NCBI GenBank assembly: GCA_028279685.1
Contig: JANQNG010000051.1
Coordinates: 9 to 64,008, forward strand
Length of the DNA stretch: 64,000 nt
Origin: Candidatus Nanoarchaeia archaeon
GTDB taxonomy: Archaea > Nanobdellota > Nanobdellia > Woesearchaeales > SKIA01
Reading direction: 5' to 3'
Positions 38,841 through 49,157 of the stretch are shown piece after piece. The position numbers and the translations under genes were made by a program. Each line of letters opens with the position of its first letter. The stretch's first letter is position 1. Below the pieces are notes generated by a model. It saw only the letters and a list, made by a program, of their open reading frames with translations. It made no database searches and was not told the origin of the DNA.

Positions 38841-39610
38841 AACATCAACCTCTCATATTCGGTATAGGGAATAACTGGCCCATCAACACAAAGATACGTA
38901 TCTTTGATAAGACATTGACCTGAACGCTTGTTATGCCAAGATAATTTACTGTTAACTAACATTTGTATCATCTTCTTGTCATATTTCTTCTCAAGAAGAA
39001 ACTCTATGATCTGTTTTGTTGTTTTCTCTCCTGCAAGCACTGCAATTGTAGACGATGCAGGTATACTAACTTTTCTCAAAAGTGTTATTATGCTTCCTAA
39101 ATGACCATACCATTGCTTGCCCGTCTCCAATGATGTTGTGAATACATTATGTTTCTGTGACCATCGTTTAATATCTTTGACGAAGAACATATTTGCAGGT
39201 TTATTGAATCCTGTGTAAATAATAATGTCGTTGATCTTTTGTTTCTTACTTTCCAAGTATTGAACTAGTGCTCTGGCAATCGGCAACCCTGTTCTATTCA
39301 ATATAATAACTGCGTGCTTTTCCTCAAATTTCTTCACATCAAGTCCTCTGCCAAAAGGCTTATAGATGAATATTTTGCTCCGTTCTTTATACTTAGTAAG
39401 TTCCTTTCCTATTTTACTATCTGTGTTAACAAGAAATTGAAGCATTTTTTTATCATAAGAGCAAATAGGAAATGATGCAACACCAAGAAACGGAACATAT
39501 ACAGGAATATATTGTCCTGGTAAATATGAAAATCTCCCCCTCACTTCCAAAAGAATATTCTTTTTGCTGACCTGTTCTCTTTTCGATATTCTGTATTCTT
39601 TCGGTATCAT
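38837..39610 (-). CDS. Sulfhydrogenase gamma/AsrB-like FAD/NAD(P)-binding subunit homolog
   Basis: MIP..Y.I, PGQY, PFGRG, LCVDGPV. Confidence 0.82.
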   Translation of the reverse strand: MIPKEYRISKREQVSKKNILLEVRGRFSYLPGQYIPVYVPFLGVASFPICSYDKKMLQFLVNTDSKIGKELTKYKERSKIFIYKPFGRGLDVKKFEEKHAVIILNRTGLPIARALVQYLESKKQKINDIIIYTGFNKPANMFFVKDIKRWSQKHNVFTTSLETGKQWYGHLGSIITLLRKVSIPASSTIAVLAGEKTTKQIIEFLLEKKYDKKMIQMLVNSKLSWHNKRSGQCLIKDTYLCVDGPVIPYTEYERLML

Positions 39611-40557
39611 GATAAACCCTCTTTTTTCAACGATCTTTTCCCTGGTTTCTTCTCAAGATTATTAAGTATCTCTACAAAATCAATATGTGTAGGACATCCT
39701 GTGATACATCGACCGCATCCAACACATAAGGTATGTCCAAAGTTTTTTTTTGAGTATTCTAGTTGAAAAAATATTCTTTGTTTCAGACGTTCTGTCCTTT
39801 CTTTAGGAAAATCGCTGAAATCCACATATTGGTCTGAATCCCATTTTCTAATCTGATTACTCGAGTGAAGATCATAGGCTATTTTTTCTTCATGGATAAA
39901 CTCCATTGATACAGGACATAAAAGATTACACCGACCACAACTCAGGCAGCGCTCATCAGCTGTCTTCTCCCATATAGGATCATCGAAATGATTCATGATG
40001 TTTTTATTTTTTAGATGTCTTGGTGAATTGATTTTTGGTATTTCCATATGGATTTCCTTGTATCTGCTGATAAGTTTTTTCCCTTTATCACTTTTACAAT
40101 CAATATAATACGTGTCATGTAGTTCAAGAATGTATAAATCGTAATAGGGTTTCAAATCCATACTTGAACAAAAACTATAATCATGGCAACCTGTGCAATG
40201 AACACCAATAAGAATAGTATTATTTCTTCTTTGTGTATATCCTTCTTCATCAGCAAAGATTTCATCGAAATGTTTTATGGCATTGAGATCACATAGTCTT
40301 AATCCATAGATAATACGTTCTTTTTTCTCACTAGGTCCGGCGAGTTTTCCCTCACTATAAGTAAACATGACTTCTTCTTTAGGAAGAAAGAATTGTTTTG
40401 CATGAAAATATGGTTGTTCTTTAAGATAGATTTGCTTCATATCTGTAATATGCTTAAATCGAACAACATCTTCTTTGACTGGAGCTATGAATTCATATTT
40501 CTGAATAAGTCTGTAAAGAAACCTTTTGAAATCGTCTTTTTTGATCTCAACACCCAT
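39607..40557 (-). CDS. Sulfhydrogenase beta/AsrA-like Fe-S subunit
   Basis: CDLNAI, SFCSS, CLSCGRCNLLCP, CVGCGRCITGCP. Confidence 0.88.
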   Translation of the reverse strand: MGVEIKKDDFKRFLYRLIQKYEFIAPVKEDVVRFKHITDMKQIYLKEQPYFHAKQFFLPKEEVMFTYSEGKLAGPSEKKERIIYGLRLCDLNAIKHFDEIFADEEGYTQRRNNTILIGVHCTGCHDYSFCSSMDLKPYYDLYILELHDTYYIDCKSDKGKKLISRYKEIHMEIPKINSPRHLKNKNIMNHFDDPIWEKTADERCLSCGRCNLLCPVSMEFIHEEKIAYDLHSSNQIRKWDSDQYVDFSDFPKERTERLKQRIFFQLEYSKKNFGHTLCVGCGRCITGCPTHIDFVEILNNLEKKPGKRSLKKEGLS

Positions 40558-40649
40558 GCCGGCTGGAAGAAGTTGGTGTTTAAATAATAGATTATTCCTC
40601 TCTGATTATTTTATAAACATTTAAATATCTTTTTCTTTTCCTCACTTAA

Positions 40650-41453
40650 ATGGAGATACAGTTTAATGAGGAATATCTTCAGCAGTTCAGAAGCTTGTTG
40701 TTTCCTATAATAGGGAAAGAGCTGATAACAGGGTACAATATCTATAGAATTGTTGATAAAAGCAAAAAAAGACCCTCTTTTCAACTTAGCTACTTTCATT
40801 CTGATTTATCTGAAAAAGATGAGCACAGAACTGCATTAGTAGAGAAGCTTTCAGATTATGGAGTTATTCATCTGACTGAAAAAGTGGAAGAAAACATAAT
40901 ATGCAGAAATGCATCATATATCACAAAAAATCTATGGGATGATCCTCTTAGAACAAGATACTTTGATACCTCTGGAAATAAAATACTTGAAGAGACATTA
41001 CTTGATTTTGAAGGGATAATCATTGCAGAATCTCTGCAGTATGATATGAATATAGGAGTTGAGAGTGAAAAAGATCTTGCATTACTCATAAAAATAGTAA
41101 ATAAGCATTTATACAAATACATAAGAAACGTCCAAGGAAACTACGTACTTAAGAAAGGAGAAAAAGCATTAAATCCTGATGGAATACCTGGTGCATGGGA
41201 TATACCTTTGATCTCCTTAAGAACAGATAAACGCAAAATCATAGAAGGTTTTTCTGAAATTTCAGAAATAATTATTGAAATGCAAGGAAACGAAGAAATT
41301 ATGGCTTCTTTATTTATTGACAGAAAAACAAAACAATTTTTGAATGAATTAAAATCAAAATCACAAGAATTTTCAAAAATACCTATCTTAGCAAATTCTC
41401 TTTTTGTAGATAAATACATTAATGCAGATTTCAAGCAATTTCTGGAAGAATAA
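40650..41453 (+). CDS. Hypothetical protein
   Basis: 267-aa ORF with an upstream TATA-like box. Confidence 0.7.
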   Translation: MEIQFNEEYLQQFRSLLFPIIGKELITGYNIYRIVDKSKKRPSFQLSYFHSDLSEKDEHRTALVEKLSDYGVIHLTEKVEENIICRNASYITKNLWDDPLRTRYFDTSGNKILEETLLDFEGIIIAESLQYDMNIGVESEKDLALLIKIVNKHLYKYIRNVQGNYVLKKGEKALNPDGIPGAWDIPLISLRTDKRKIIEGFSEISEIIIEMQGNEEIMASLFIDRKTKQFLNELKSKSQEFSKIPILANSLFVDKYINADFKQFLEE

Positions 41454-41476
41454 GAAACAAGAACCAAAATATGTGA

Positions 41477-41854
41477 TTATGCATCATACACTATTTGTCC
41501 ATTCACTTCAACCCAGTCTTTTTTAGAAAGCCTTTCTTTTTTTCTTTGAAACCAAGAAAGATCAAAATAGTGATTACTCAAATGAATTGGAAGAGTTCTG
41601 CTTGATTTTTGTTTTGCCAATAAATCGTCAATCTCTCTTTTTGTATATATACCATATCCTTCTGCTTGTCCATGAGGAAGAGGATGTCCCCAAAGCCCTA
41701 TAACACAAGACTCTCCTAAAGAATCTTCTGCCTTCTTTAACTTTTCTTCTACTTCAATAATATATTCCATGTCCTTGCTCATCCTTAAATTTTGCTTGAT
41801 ATCAATTTTTCTTCTGTTGAGGAAGAGACTGTATGCATCAAAATCACTAACCAT
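41477..41854 (-). CDS. Hypothetical protein, paralog of 54579-54971
   Basis: Shared KIDI.QNLRMS.D and LGE.CVI..WG.PLPHG..EGYGI.T. Confidence 0.8.
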   Translation of the reverse strand: MVSDFDAYSLFLNRRKIDIKQNLRMSKDMEYIIEVEEKLKKAEDSLGESCVIGLWGHPLPHGQAEGYGIYTKREIDDLLAKQKSSRTLPIHLSNHYFDLSWFQRKKERLSKKDWVEVNGQIVYDA

Positions 41855-41922
41855 GCCTTATTGAGACAAGTACAAGAATATATATTTTGTGAATCTTGAG
41901 AGTTTTATTTATAAAAGAAAGA

Positions 41923-42188
41923 GGGCACGCCCCTGGATGGACACAAACAACCCATTTCGGCTTACCCTAGGCTTTCCTCCCCTCCGCTACCCAAGATACA
42001 CAGCTATTCTCACTTAGAGCTGCTTCATTCCTGACCTGACTCGGTTCGTAAGAACCACCGTCATCAAGGACAGAGGATCGACAGTCCCCCTAGGACCAAA
42101 CTGAGCAGCAATGCCGCTCCAGGAGCTTCGACCATACCATAAGGCCCGTTTGTACTAACAGGGAAGGGCCAACTCCCCAGCCTAGCCC
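41923..42188 (-). ncRNA. ffs: Signal recognition particle RNA
   Basis: 5' GGGCTAGGCTGGGG start typical of archaeal 7S; helix 8 GAGTCAGG-TCA-GGAA-TGA-AGCAGCTC; termini pair. Confidence 0.92.
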
Positions 42189-42231
42189 ATACATAGTAAA
42201 TCAGAAGTTGCTTTTAAAGGTTGTTAAACGC

Positions 42232-42999
42232 TTATTGTTGATCTTTCAAAGACCTTATTTCATCAACAATATCTGGAAATAAAGAACCAGATCGATCTAT
42301 TTTATTAACTGTTCTTGTTCTTCCTTGATAATTCAATGTTAAACTTTCATTGTAATTACCAAATACCACGTAACCCTTATGTTCATACTCATAGAAATTC
42401 TCTTCAATTAATCTTTCAGCGTAAGATTTAACTTGTTCTGGAGCAATAGTTATTTCCTTTTGAATATGCTCAATACTTTTCATCTCTATAGCATCGAAAT
42501 CAATCTCAATAAAGTCTACTTTTCCGTTTTCGTATAATCTAATTTTTTTCTTGCCGTAAAGTACAGCTTCAACAAAATACTCCAACACTATGCTTTCCTC
42601 TTTCAAAGGTATTCCAAATTCAGGGTCAGATTCTACACCAAAACGTTCACACCAGCCAGGATACCCTGTATCAAACAATGATTGTACACCAAAATTCTCA
42701 TGGTAATCAGGATAGAGTTGGCTGAATCTCTCTTCAATCACATCTCTTAATTCATTATCAGTAAGATTCAGTTGAATTATTCTCTCAAGAAGAATCGATT
42801 CAGGATAATCTACGCCTAATGATTTGTAAACAGCAGCATAATCTAACTCACCAGATTCTGTTGTAACTTTTTCTCGTTTTCGAGGATCATATTTTAATAA
42901 TAATAACCTTTCATTAAGCTTGCCAGCATCTACCTTTTTCTTAAAGAAAGCTTTTATTCTTTTGCTGGCATTTGATTCGACAAAGTTTTCCACTGACAT
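42232..42999 (-). CDS. Hypothetical protein
   Basis: 255-aa ORF. Confidence 0.7.
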   Translation of the reverse strand: MSVENFVESNASKRIKAFFKKKVDAGKLNERLLLLKYDPRKREKVTTESGELDYAAVYKSLGVDYPESILLERIIQLNLTDNELRDVIEERFSQLYPDYHENFGVQSLFDTGYPGWCERFGVESDPEFGIPLKEESIVLEYFVEAVLYGKKKIRLYENGKVDFIEIDFDAIEMKSIEHIQKEITIAPEQVKSYAERLIEENFYEYEHKGYVVFGNYNESLTLNYQGRTRTVNKIDRSGSLFPDIVDEIRSLKDQQ

Positions 43000-43259
43000 T
43001 TTTTCATCTCGACATAGATAGTATTTCCCAGATATTTATAAATTTACTTAATTTTACTACTTTTTAATCCTCATAAATTGAGAGACAGTTCAGAAAAATC
43101 ACCCTGCCTTTCTTACTGGTGTGCCTCTTAAAAACATACTCTGAGACCATTTATCACCATGATTAGAAGAATAGTTTAAATAATTGTATTTAGTCAGACA
43201 AAACTAACAAATAACTAATCGCAGTTGAAAAGAGAAAACTAAAGTAGATATGTTAGTAA

Positions 43260-44282
43260 CTAATTTAATTTATCTATCAGACCATCTGTATAACTTGCCC
43301 GCAATGGAATCTCTTTTTCTTGATAAAGCAATACCCTTCCTTTATCTTTTGGTGTTATCTTCCCAATTTCTTTTGCCACAATACCAGCATCACGATAATC
43401 TCGTAGCAAATCATCAAGGTTATTTGCATCAATACTAATCAACAATGCTCCTGAACCAAATATCCCTAAAGGATCATCTCCAGTAACAGCACATATTCTT
43501 TGAGTCTCTTCTCTGATTGGAATTTTATTGTAATCTATGTAAACACCATTTCCGGAAGCTATTGCTAATTCTTCAATTCCTTTTCTCACACCACCTTCAG
43601 TAGGATCATGTAATGCATTTGGCGAATGATTCCAAGCAATATAGGCAGCTTTCGCAACACAAATCCCAGGATCATAAAGAAATTGTTTTGCTCTTTCTAT
43701 TGTTTCTTCATAAATCTTTCCTTTCAATAACTTATACATATTTGCAGCTAAAATCGCAGTTCCTTCTATCCCCGCACCCCCTGTCAAAACTAATGAATCT
43801 CCTGCTTTTGCTCCTGCTGTAGTTATTATTTTTTCTTTACTAACCTCTCCTAGCATAGTAAGAACAATTCCTGGATTTTTAACCATAGAAGTTACTTCAG
43901 TATGCCCAGTAACTATGGAAATACCATGCGGTTGGATTGCATCATGTAATTGTTTAAAGAATTTATCAACATCATCTAAAGTCGATCCTTCTGGAAAAAA
44001 TACACTTGAAGAAGCCCATTTAGGAATTGCTCCTCTTGTCACAATATCATTTACATTAACAGCAACAGCAAAATATGGAGCATTTGATATATTTACCATA
44101 ATAGGATCTACACAAACAGCCAAACAATTGTTTTTTCTTGAAGTCAAATCAATAACTGCCGCATCCTCTCCAAGCTTCGGACCAAGTATTATTCTTTCAC
44201 TTTCACTATTTGTATACTTCTCTAAAATAATAGACAACTCATTATCCGGTAATTTTCCCAACTTTAATTTTTTTGAATGCAT
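43260..44282 (-). CDS. AIR synthase-related (PurM/HypE/SelD fold) protein
   Basis: GKLP, GEDAAV, NVNDI..RGA.P, GHTEVT, HDPTEGG, SGALL. Confidence 0.9.
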   Translation of the reverse strand: MHSKKLKLGKLPDNELSIILEKYTNSESERIILGPKLGEDAAVIDLTSRKNNCLAVCVDPIMVNISNAPYFAVAVNVNDIVTRGAIPKWASSSVFFPEGSTLDDVDKFFKQLHDAIQPHGISIVTGHTEVTSMVKNPGIVLTMLGEVSKEKIITTAGAKAGDSLVLTGGAGIEGTAILAANMYKLLKGKIYEETIERAKQFLYDPGICVAKAAYIAWNHSPNALHDPTEGGVRKGIEELAIASGNGVYIDYNKIPIREETQRICAVTGDDPLGIFGSGALLISIDANNLDDLLRDYRDAGIVAKEIGKITPKDKGRVLLYQEKEIPLRASYTDGLIDKLN

Positions 44283-44387
44283 CGTACCTTCGCAAAGAAA
44301 TAAAATACTCAACAATTAATTAAAATAATCATTAATTTATAGAACTTTTTGGTAAAATTTATATATTATTTACCTTATTATTCTGTT

Positions 44388-45347
44388 ATGAACCTAAAGA
44401 AGAGAGATAAAGATATTTTAAAAATCCTCAATAAAAATTGTCGTGAACTAGATTCTACTATTGCTAGAACGTTGAAAATAAGCAAACAAGCAGTAAGTTA
44501 CAGAATCAAAAAAATGCAGGAGAATAGACTAATAAAAAAATTTTATACAGAATTCAATATCAGTAAACTAGGAAATAATTCTTATTATATTTTTCTAGAA
44601 TTAGAAAGAATAACAAACAAGATAGAGAATGAAATAATTAAAAAGCTAATAAATGAAGAAAACATTGGCTGGATTATTAATAGCGTTGGAAAAATAAATA
44701 TCATTCTTTTAGTTTATGCTAAAACACTCAGCACATTTGAAGAGTTATACTCAAGAATTAAGAACATTTGTTCAGAACATCTAAAAGAAGCAACCTTTTC
44801 GATTTTAACTAATTCCCAAAAACTAAGTTATAGATTCTTAGAAACAGATCTTGAAGGTGTTCAAACAGAACAACTCCGACCAATACTATTAGATGATGAA
44901 GATATTAAGTTGATGAGGTTCTTGGCACAAAATGCAAGAGAAAAAATAACAACAATTTCTAATCAGACTGGATTATCTATAGATATTGTTAGATATAGAT
45001 TAAAAAAACTCAAAGAAAACAAAGTTATTAATGGATTCAGGATGAAATTGGATGTTTCTAAACTAGAAATTCAATGGTATCTTTTATTACTTAAGTTACA
45101 AACAATTGATGAAAAAACGAAAAAAAGATTCCTTAATTATATACTACAACAAAAAGAAATATATTATTTAACATCAACAGTCGGAAACTATGATTTGATT
45201 GTTGATTTACATGTAACAAAGTCTACAGACGTTAGGAATTTAATATTTAGATTACGAGACAAATTCCCAGAAGTTATCAAAAACTTTGAAACGCTACTAA
45301 TCTTCAAAGAATATAAACTTAGTTATCTCCCATCACTTCCTAATTAA
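44388..45347 (+). CDS. Tandem Lrp/AsnC family regulator
   Basis: Two HTH-RAM repeats (ISKQAVSYRIK; LSIDIVRYRLK). Confidence 0.9.
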   Translation: MNLKKRDKDILKILNKNCRELDSTIARTLKISKQAVSYRIKKMQENRLIKKFYTEFNISKLGNNSYYIFLELERITNKIENEIIKKLINEENIGWIINSVGKINIILLVYAKTLSTFEELYSRIKNICSEHLKEATFSILTNSQKLSYRFLETDLEGVQTEQLRPILLDDEDIKLMRFLAQNAREKITTISNQTGLSIDIVRYRLKKLKENKVINGFRMKLDVSKLEIQWYLLLLKLQTIDEKTKKRFLNYILQQKEIYYLTSTVGNYDLIVDLHVTKSTDVRNLIFRLRDKFPEVIKNFETLLIFKEYKLSYLPSLPN

Positions 45348-45383
45348 ATATATTGCTTTCTCAAAAAACTCCCTACAATATAA

Positions 45384-46802
45384 TTAACTATACTCCCCTC
45401 TCAAGACCTTCTGTATTACTTCGTTCTTTATTGCTGCAGGCTCCGTTCTTACATTTACTGCAAATCCTATTAACGTTAATGGATTGATATTTTTTGCGTT
45501 ACTAAAAACATTCAGCGCATCACGAAGAGGCACTATTAACGTTACATCAGCATCATCATAAGATCCATCTTCAAGAAGAGCTATTTTTCCATCACTATCA
45601 ACTAAAACTCTTAATCTCAATTCACGATCATCATCTTCAACGACAAGATTTGCCCTAGGAAAATCCTTCATTATTCTAGTAAAAAAATCATTGCTGTTAA
45701 TGAAATACACCACCATCTCTTCATCAATGCCAAACTCTTCACCAATATTAGTCTTCACTATCTCATCTTCTAATTCTTCAATAATCTCTGGTGTTCTTTC
45801 TTTTACTTCTTCTTTCTCTTCTTCAATTATTTCTGGCGTCGGAATCTCATACTCCTGAGCACATTGCACACTATGTAAAATAGTATCTTTTATCTCTCTA
45901 TCCTCTTCAGTAACATATTCATCCACGCAAAGAACCTGAGTTATATAACTCTGGTAATTGCAATAGAGCACTTTAGTATTTGCTGTCATAGCATTCTCTC
46001 CATATGAAAACTGATACTCAATAGTATATGCATCAATTGATGAATCCAACATCGTATGGTTTTCTTTTTCTTCAATCGACGTCGTTAACCAATGAAATAT
46101 ATCTTCAGGCAAAGCATTATGTTTATCAACGATGACTGAACAAACACCTTTCGTTCTTCCCAATACTCTTTGTTCATTGCCATCATTGATTTCTTCCCAA
46201 TCAGGATAGCTTACAGAAAAATCATCTTCTTGATACTCTTTAAACTCCATTTCTTCTTCTTGACAACTCACTGAAGAATAAATTGTATCGCTTAGTTTCT
46301 GCATGACTTTATCAACTTCTTCTACGCATGTAATAGTAACGGTTGTTGATTCATCGTTACAAACAAAAATTCGATTATCTGAAATCAAAGTGACGTTTTG
46401 AAAATTCAACGAAAATTTTGCCTGCAAATTATCTTCATCTGAAATAATGATTTCTCCTGACTGTTTTTCTATTGATTCAAGAAACATTCCAAACCATTGC
46501 TTGGCAGGAATTCCTTCTGTATTAACCGCCACCGTACAATATCCTTTGCTTACCGTTAATTCTACATCACCTTTAGTAGTGTCTGGCCATTGAGGATAGA
46601 GTACTGAGAATCCATTTTCAGTATACTGCGTATAGTTTATTTCTTCGCTTATGAGTTTATCTAACGGATTTTGCGCTTTCTCTTGGCTTTGCAGCTTTTC
46701 CTGAGGAATTTCACAACCAACCATCAAGATCACTAGAATAATCATCACCAACATACTATATTTTGCTAGTTCAATACTCTCCAACATAATTATGTCACAC
46801 AT
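45384..46802 (-). CDS. Lipoprotein with a duplicated domain and C-terminal SCP2-like region (true start likely ~46745-46754)
   Basis: Lipobox MVGC; repeats FSVLYPQW...SKGYCTV and FSVSYPDW...TKGVCSV. Confidence 0.75.
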   Translation of the reverse strand: MCDIIMLESIELAKYSMLVMIILVILMVGCEIPQEKLQSQEKAQNPLDKLISEEINYTQYTENGFSVLYPQWPDTTKGDVELTVSKGYCTVAVNTEGIPAKQWFGMFLESIEKQSGEIIISDEDNLQAKFSLNFQNVTLISDNRIFVCNDESTTVTITCVEEVDKVMQKLSDTIYSSVSCQEEEMEFKEYQEDDFSVSYPDWEEINDGNEQRVLGRTKGVCSVIVDKHNALPEDIFHWLTTSIEEKENHTMLDSSIDAYTIEYQFSYGENAMTANTKVLYCNYQSYITQVLCVDEYVTEEDREIKDTILHSVQCAQEYEIPTPEIIEEEKEEVKERTPEIIEELEDEIVKTNIGEEFGIDEEMVVYFINSNDFFTRIMKDFPRANLVVEDDDRELRLRVLVDSDGKIALLEDGSYDDADVTLIVPLRDALNVFSNAKNINPLTLIGFAVNVRTEPAAIKNEVIQKVLRGEYS

Positions 46803-46819
46803 AATGATCTTAATAAAAC

Positions 46820-47062
46820 TTACTTTTTATCAGAATTCTTGCTATGTTCTAATGCAACAGCATTGGCTTCTTCAACCATTTTATCGATGTGTTCATCTTC
46901 CATGCCATGAACCTTACAGCCTTCCTCTATAGTTTCCCAAGCAGCAACATGACAGCCAATACAATGCAATCCATGATTCATCAACACCATAGCTACTTGA
47001 GGATATTGTTCAATAGTTTCTCCTATAGTCATTTCTTTTGTAATTAATGGTTGTTCAGCCAT
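46820..47062 (-). CDS. DUF1858 domain protein
   Basis: ITKEMTIGE...GLHCIGC..A.WETIEEG..VHG. Confidence 0.9.
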   Translation of the reverse strand: MAEQPLITKEMTIGETIEQYPQVAMVLMNHGLHCIGCHVAAWETIEEGCKVHGMEDEHIDKMVEEANAVALEHSKNSDKK

Positions 47063-47098
47063 GCAGAACATAACAATGGTTAATTTATAAATTTTTGC

Positions 47099-47773
47099 TT
47101 AACAAGCACTAACATCTATCTCCATTCTCCAAGCATTTCCTTCGCCCGATATTTTTTTATCTATTACGTTTAATGGTTTTTTGAATAATGGACAGTTTAA
47201 TACAAATGACTCAAACTCTCCTCCCTCTCCTGCAGGACTAATACCATATTGTTTTTCCATTTTTTTCATATCTTCAATAAATTGCTTGTTTATTGTTCTT
47301 CCAAGCCAAGAATCATCTAACGGATATGCAGCAATTCCAATAACAATAACTTCAAAGTTATGCTTCAATAACAATTCAAGAAGTTCAATGCTATCCATTT
47401 GCCATAATGGATTAATACACTTAATCCCCAAATCATCGCAAATCTTCTGAATACGCGATGCTTGATAGACACTTTGCACAGCACCTGTGGTAATAGCTTC
47501 AATATTATATTTTTCTTTAGCATTTTTCAATGCAGCAACAAGATCAACAAGCTCTTTCTCTTTCTCTCCTTTTGTAGCACATGTTAAAAGAGGCAATCCC
47601 ATTACTTCAGCCTGTTTCTCAGTCTTTGCTATTGAGGGCGTATGAAACATATAGCTATCAGGATTCTCAGATATCATAGAAATACAGCAGACTAGCTCAT
47701 GACCATCCTGTTTTGCCAAGAAAGCAGCTAATGTGCTGTCTTTTCCTCCAGAAAATAACACTCCAATTCTCAT
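47099..47773 (-). CDS. dph6: Diphthine-ammonia ligase
   Basis: LFSGGKDS, SYMFH, PLW, GEGGEFES. Confidence 0.93.
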   Translation of the reverse strand: MRIGVLFSGGKDSTLAAFLAKQDGHELVCCISMISENPDSYMFHTPSIAKTEKQAEVMGLPLLTCATKGEKEKELVDLVAALKNAKEKYNIEAITTGAVQSVYQASRIQKICDDLGIKCINPLWQMDSIELLELLLKHNFEVIVIGIAAYPLDDSWLGRTINKQFIEDMKKMEKQYGISPAGEGGEFESFVLNCPLFKKPLNVIDKKISGEGNAWRMEIDVSAC

Positions 47774-47893
47774 ACGTTTGTGAATTGATTTACTCTTTAA
47801 TAGTTTTTTGTTGCTTCTTGCAAATCCATAACATTTATATACTAGTTCTTTCACTATTTTTCATAATTACGAAAAATACGGAATTTACCGAAA

Positions 47894-48400
47894 ATGTCAA
47901 AAATACAAGAAATTGATAACAAGATGATTGAATTCACTATGCAAAAATTCCATCATTATGGCCTAGATAGGCTGCAATCGCAAATTTACGCAGTATTGCT
48001 AGTTGAACCAGAACCTGTTTCATTAGAATATTTAGCAAAACGCACAGACTATTCCTTAGCATCAGTAAGTAAAGCAGTCAAATTCCTTAGCAGATTCAAT
48101 CTTATAACAAAAACAAGAAAGCCAGGAACAAAAAAAATCTACGTCTCAGGCCAGAAAAACATGCTCGAGATGGTCGAAAAAAAGATGATACTGAGCCTAG
48201 AAATAGAAGTAACACCCACAAAAAGAATTGTTCCTGAATTAATAGATGAATACAAGCAAGCTATGAAAACAGCATCGAAGACTGATAAAGAATCTGCAAA
48301 AAAGAAAGTCAAGATTATGGAAGAATATCTAAAAAACATGCTATTATTAGAACGATTACAAATAAAAGGATTAGAAATGATAAGAAAAGAATTAATATAA
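47894..48400 (+). CDS. GbsR/MarR family regulator
   Basis: IYAVLL..PEPVSLE.L...T.YSLASVS, PGTKKIY. Confidence 0.85.
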   Translation: MSKIQEIDNKMIEFTMQKFHHYGLDRLQSQIYAVLLVEPEPVSLEYLAKRTDYSLASVSKAVKFLSRFNLITKTRKPGTKKIYVSGQKNMLEMVEKKMILSLEIEVTPTKRIVPELIDEYKQAMKTASKTDKESAKKKVKIMEEYLKNMLLLERLQIKGLEMIRKELI

Positions 48401-48413
48401 TGAGGTATAAACA

Positions 48414-49157
48414 ATGAAAAAATCCAAAAAGAAAATCAAGAAGATCATCAAGAAAGCTTCTAAAAAGAAATCAGAAACTATTATTGAGTTGAAAAATGTC
48501 TGGAAGATCTATCAAATGGGAGATTCTGAAGTTGCTGCTTCAAGCGGACTCAACCTCGCCGTAAAAAACGGTGAATTCATCGCAATCCAAGGACCTTCAG
48601 GATCAGGAAAATCCACTGCGGTTAACATGATCGGTTGTCTAGATGTTCCAACAAAAGGAGAAATTTTTCTTGACGGCTACAACATATCAAGTCTGGAAGA
48701 ATCTGATCTTGCACAAATACGAGGAAAGAAGATAGGATTTATTTTTCAAAAGTTCAACCTCATTCCTACCTTAACAGCATTAGAAAATGTCATGCTGCCT
48801 ATGACCTTCCAAGGTATGGCTGAAGAAGAGCGAAGACAACGTGCTCAGGAACTTCTTGAGCTTGTTGAGCTTGGAGAGAGATCAGATCATAAACCTTCTG
48901 AGCTATCAGGAGGCCAACAGCAGAGAGTTGCTATCGCACGATCATTGGCCAACGACCCCGAGGTTCTTTTAGCAGATGAACCCACAGGAAATCTTGATTC
49001 AAAAACAGGAAAGAAAGTAATGGACTTCCTAAAAAAACTAACCACAGAACAGAACAAAACTGTTGTAATGGTAACTCATGACGATCATCTTGCGCGATAC
49101 GCAAATCGTATCGCAATACTCAAAGATGGAAAGATAGAAAAACAAATAAGAAGGTGA
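48414..49157 (+). CDS. ABC ATP-binding protein (LolD/MacB type)
   Basis: GPSGSGKS, LSGGQQQRVAIAR, DEPTGNLD. Confidence 0.96.
   Translation: MKKSKKKIKKIIKKASKKKSETIIELKNVWKIYQMGDSEVAASSGLNLAVKNGEFIAIQGPSGSGKSTAVNMIGCLDVPTKGEIFLDGYNISSLEESDLAQIRGKKIGFIFQKFNLIPTLTALENVMLPMTFQGMAEEERRQRAQELLELVELGERSDHKPSELSGGQQQRVAIARSLANDPEVLLADEPTGNLDSKTGKKVMDFLKKLTTEQNKTVVMVTHDDHLARYANRIAILKDGKIEKQIRR

Noticed and set aside
43064..43150. 28-aa minus-strand ORF with a GGTGA RBS (MVSEYVFKRH...)
   Set aside because: Too short and without a motif; cannot be supported without homologs.
43260..44282. HypE maturase for the nearby hydrogenase-like operon
   Set aside because: Lacks the C-terminal PRIC motif of HypE; it is a generic AIR-synthase-related protein.
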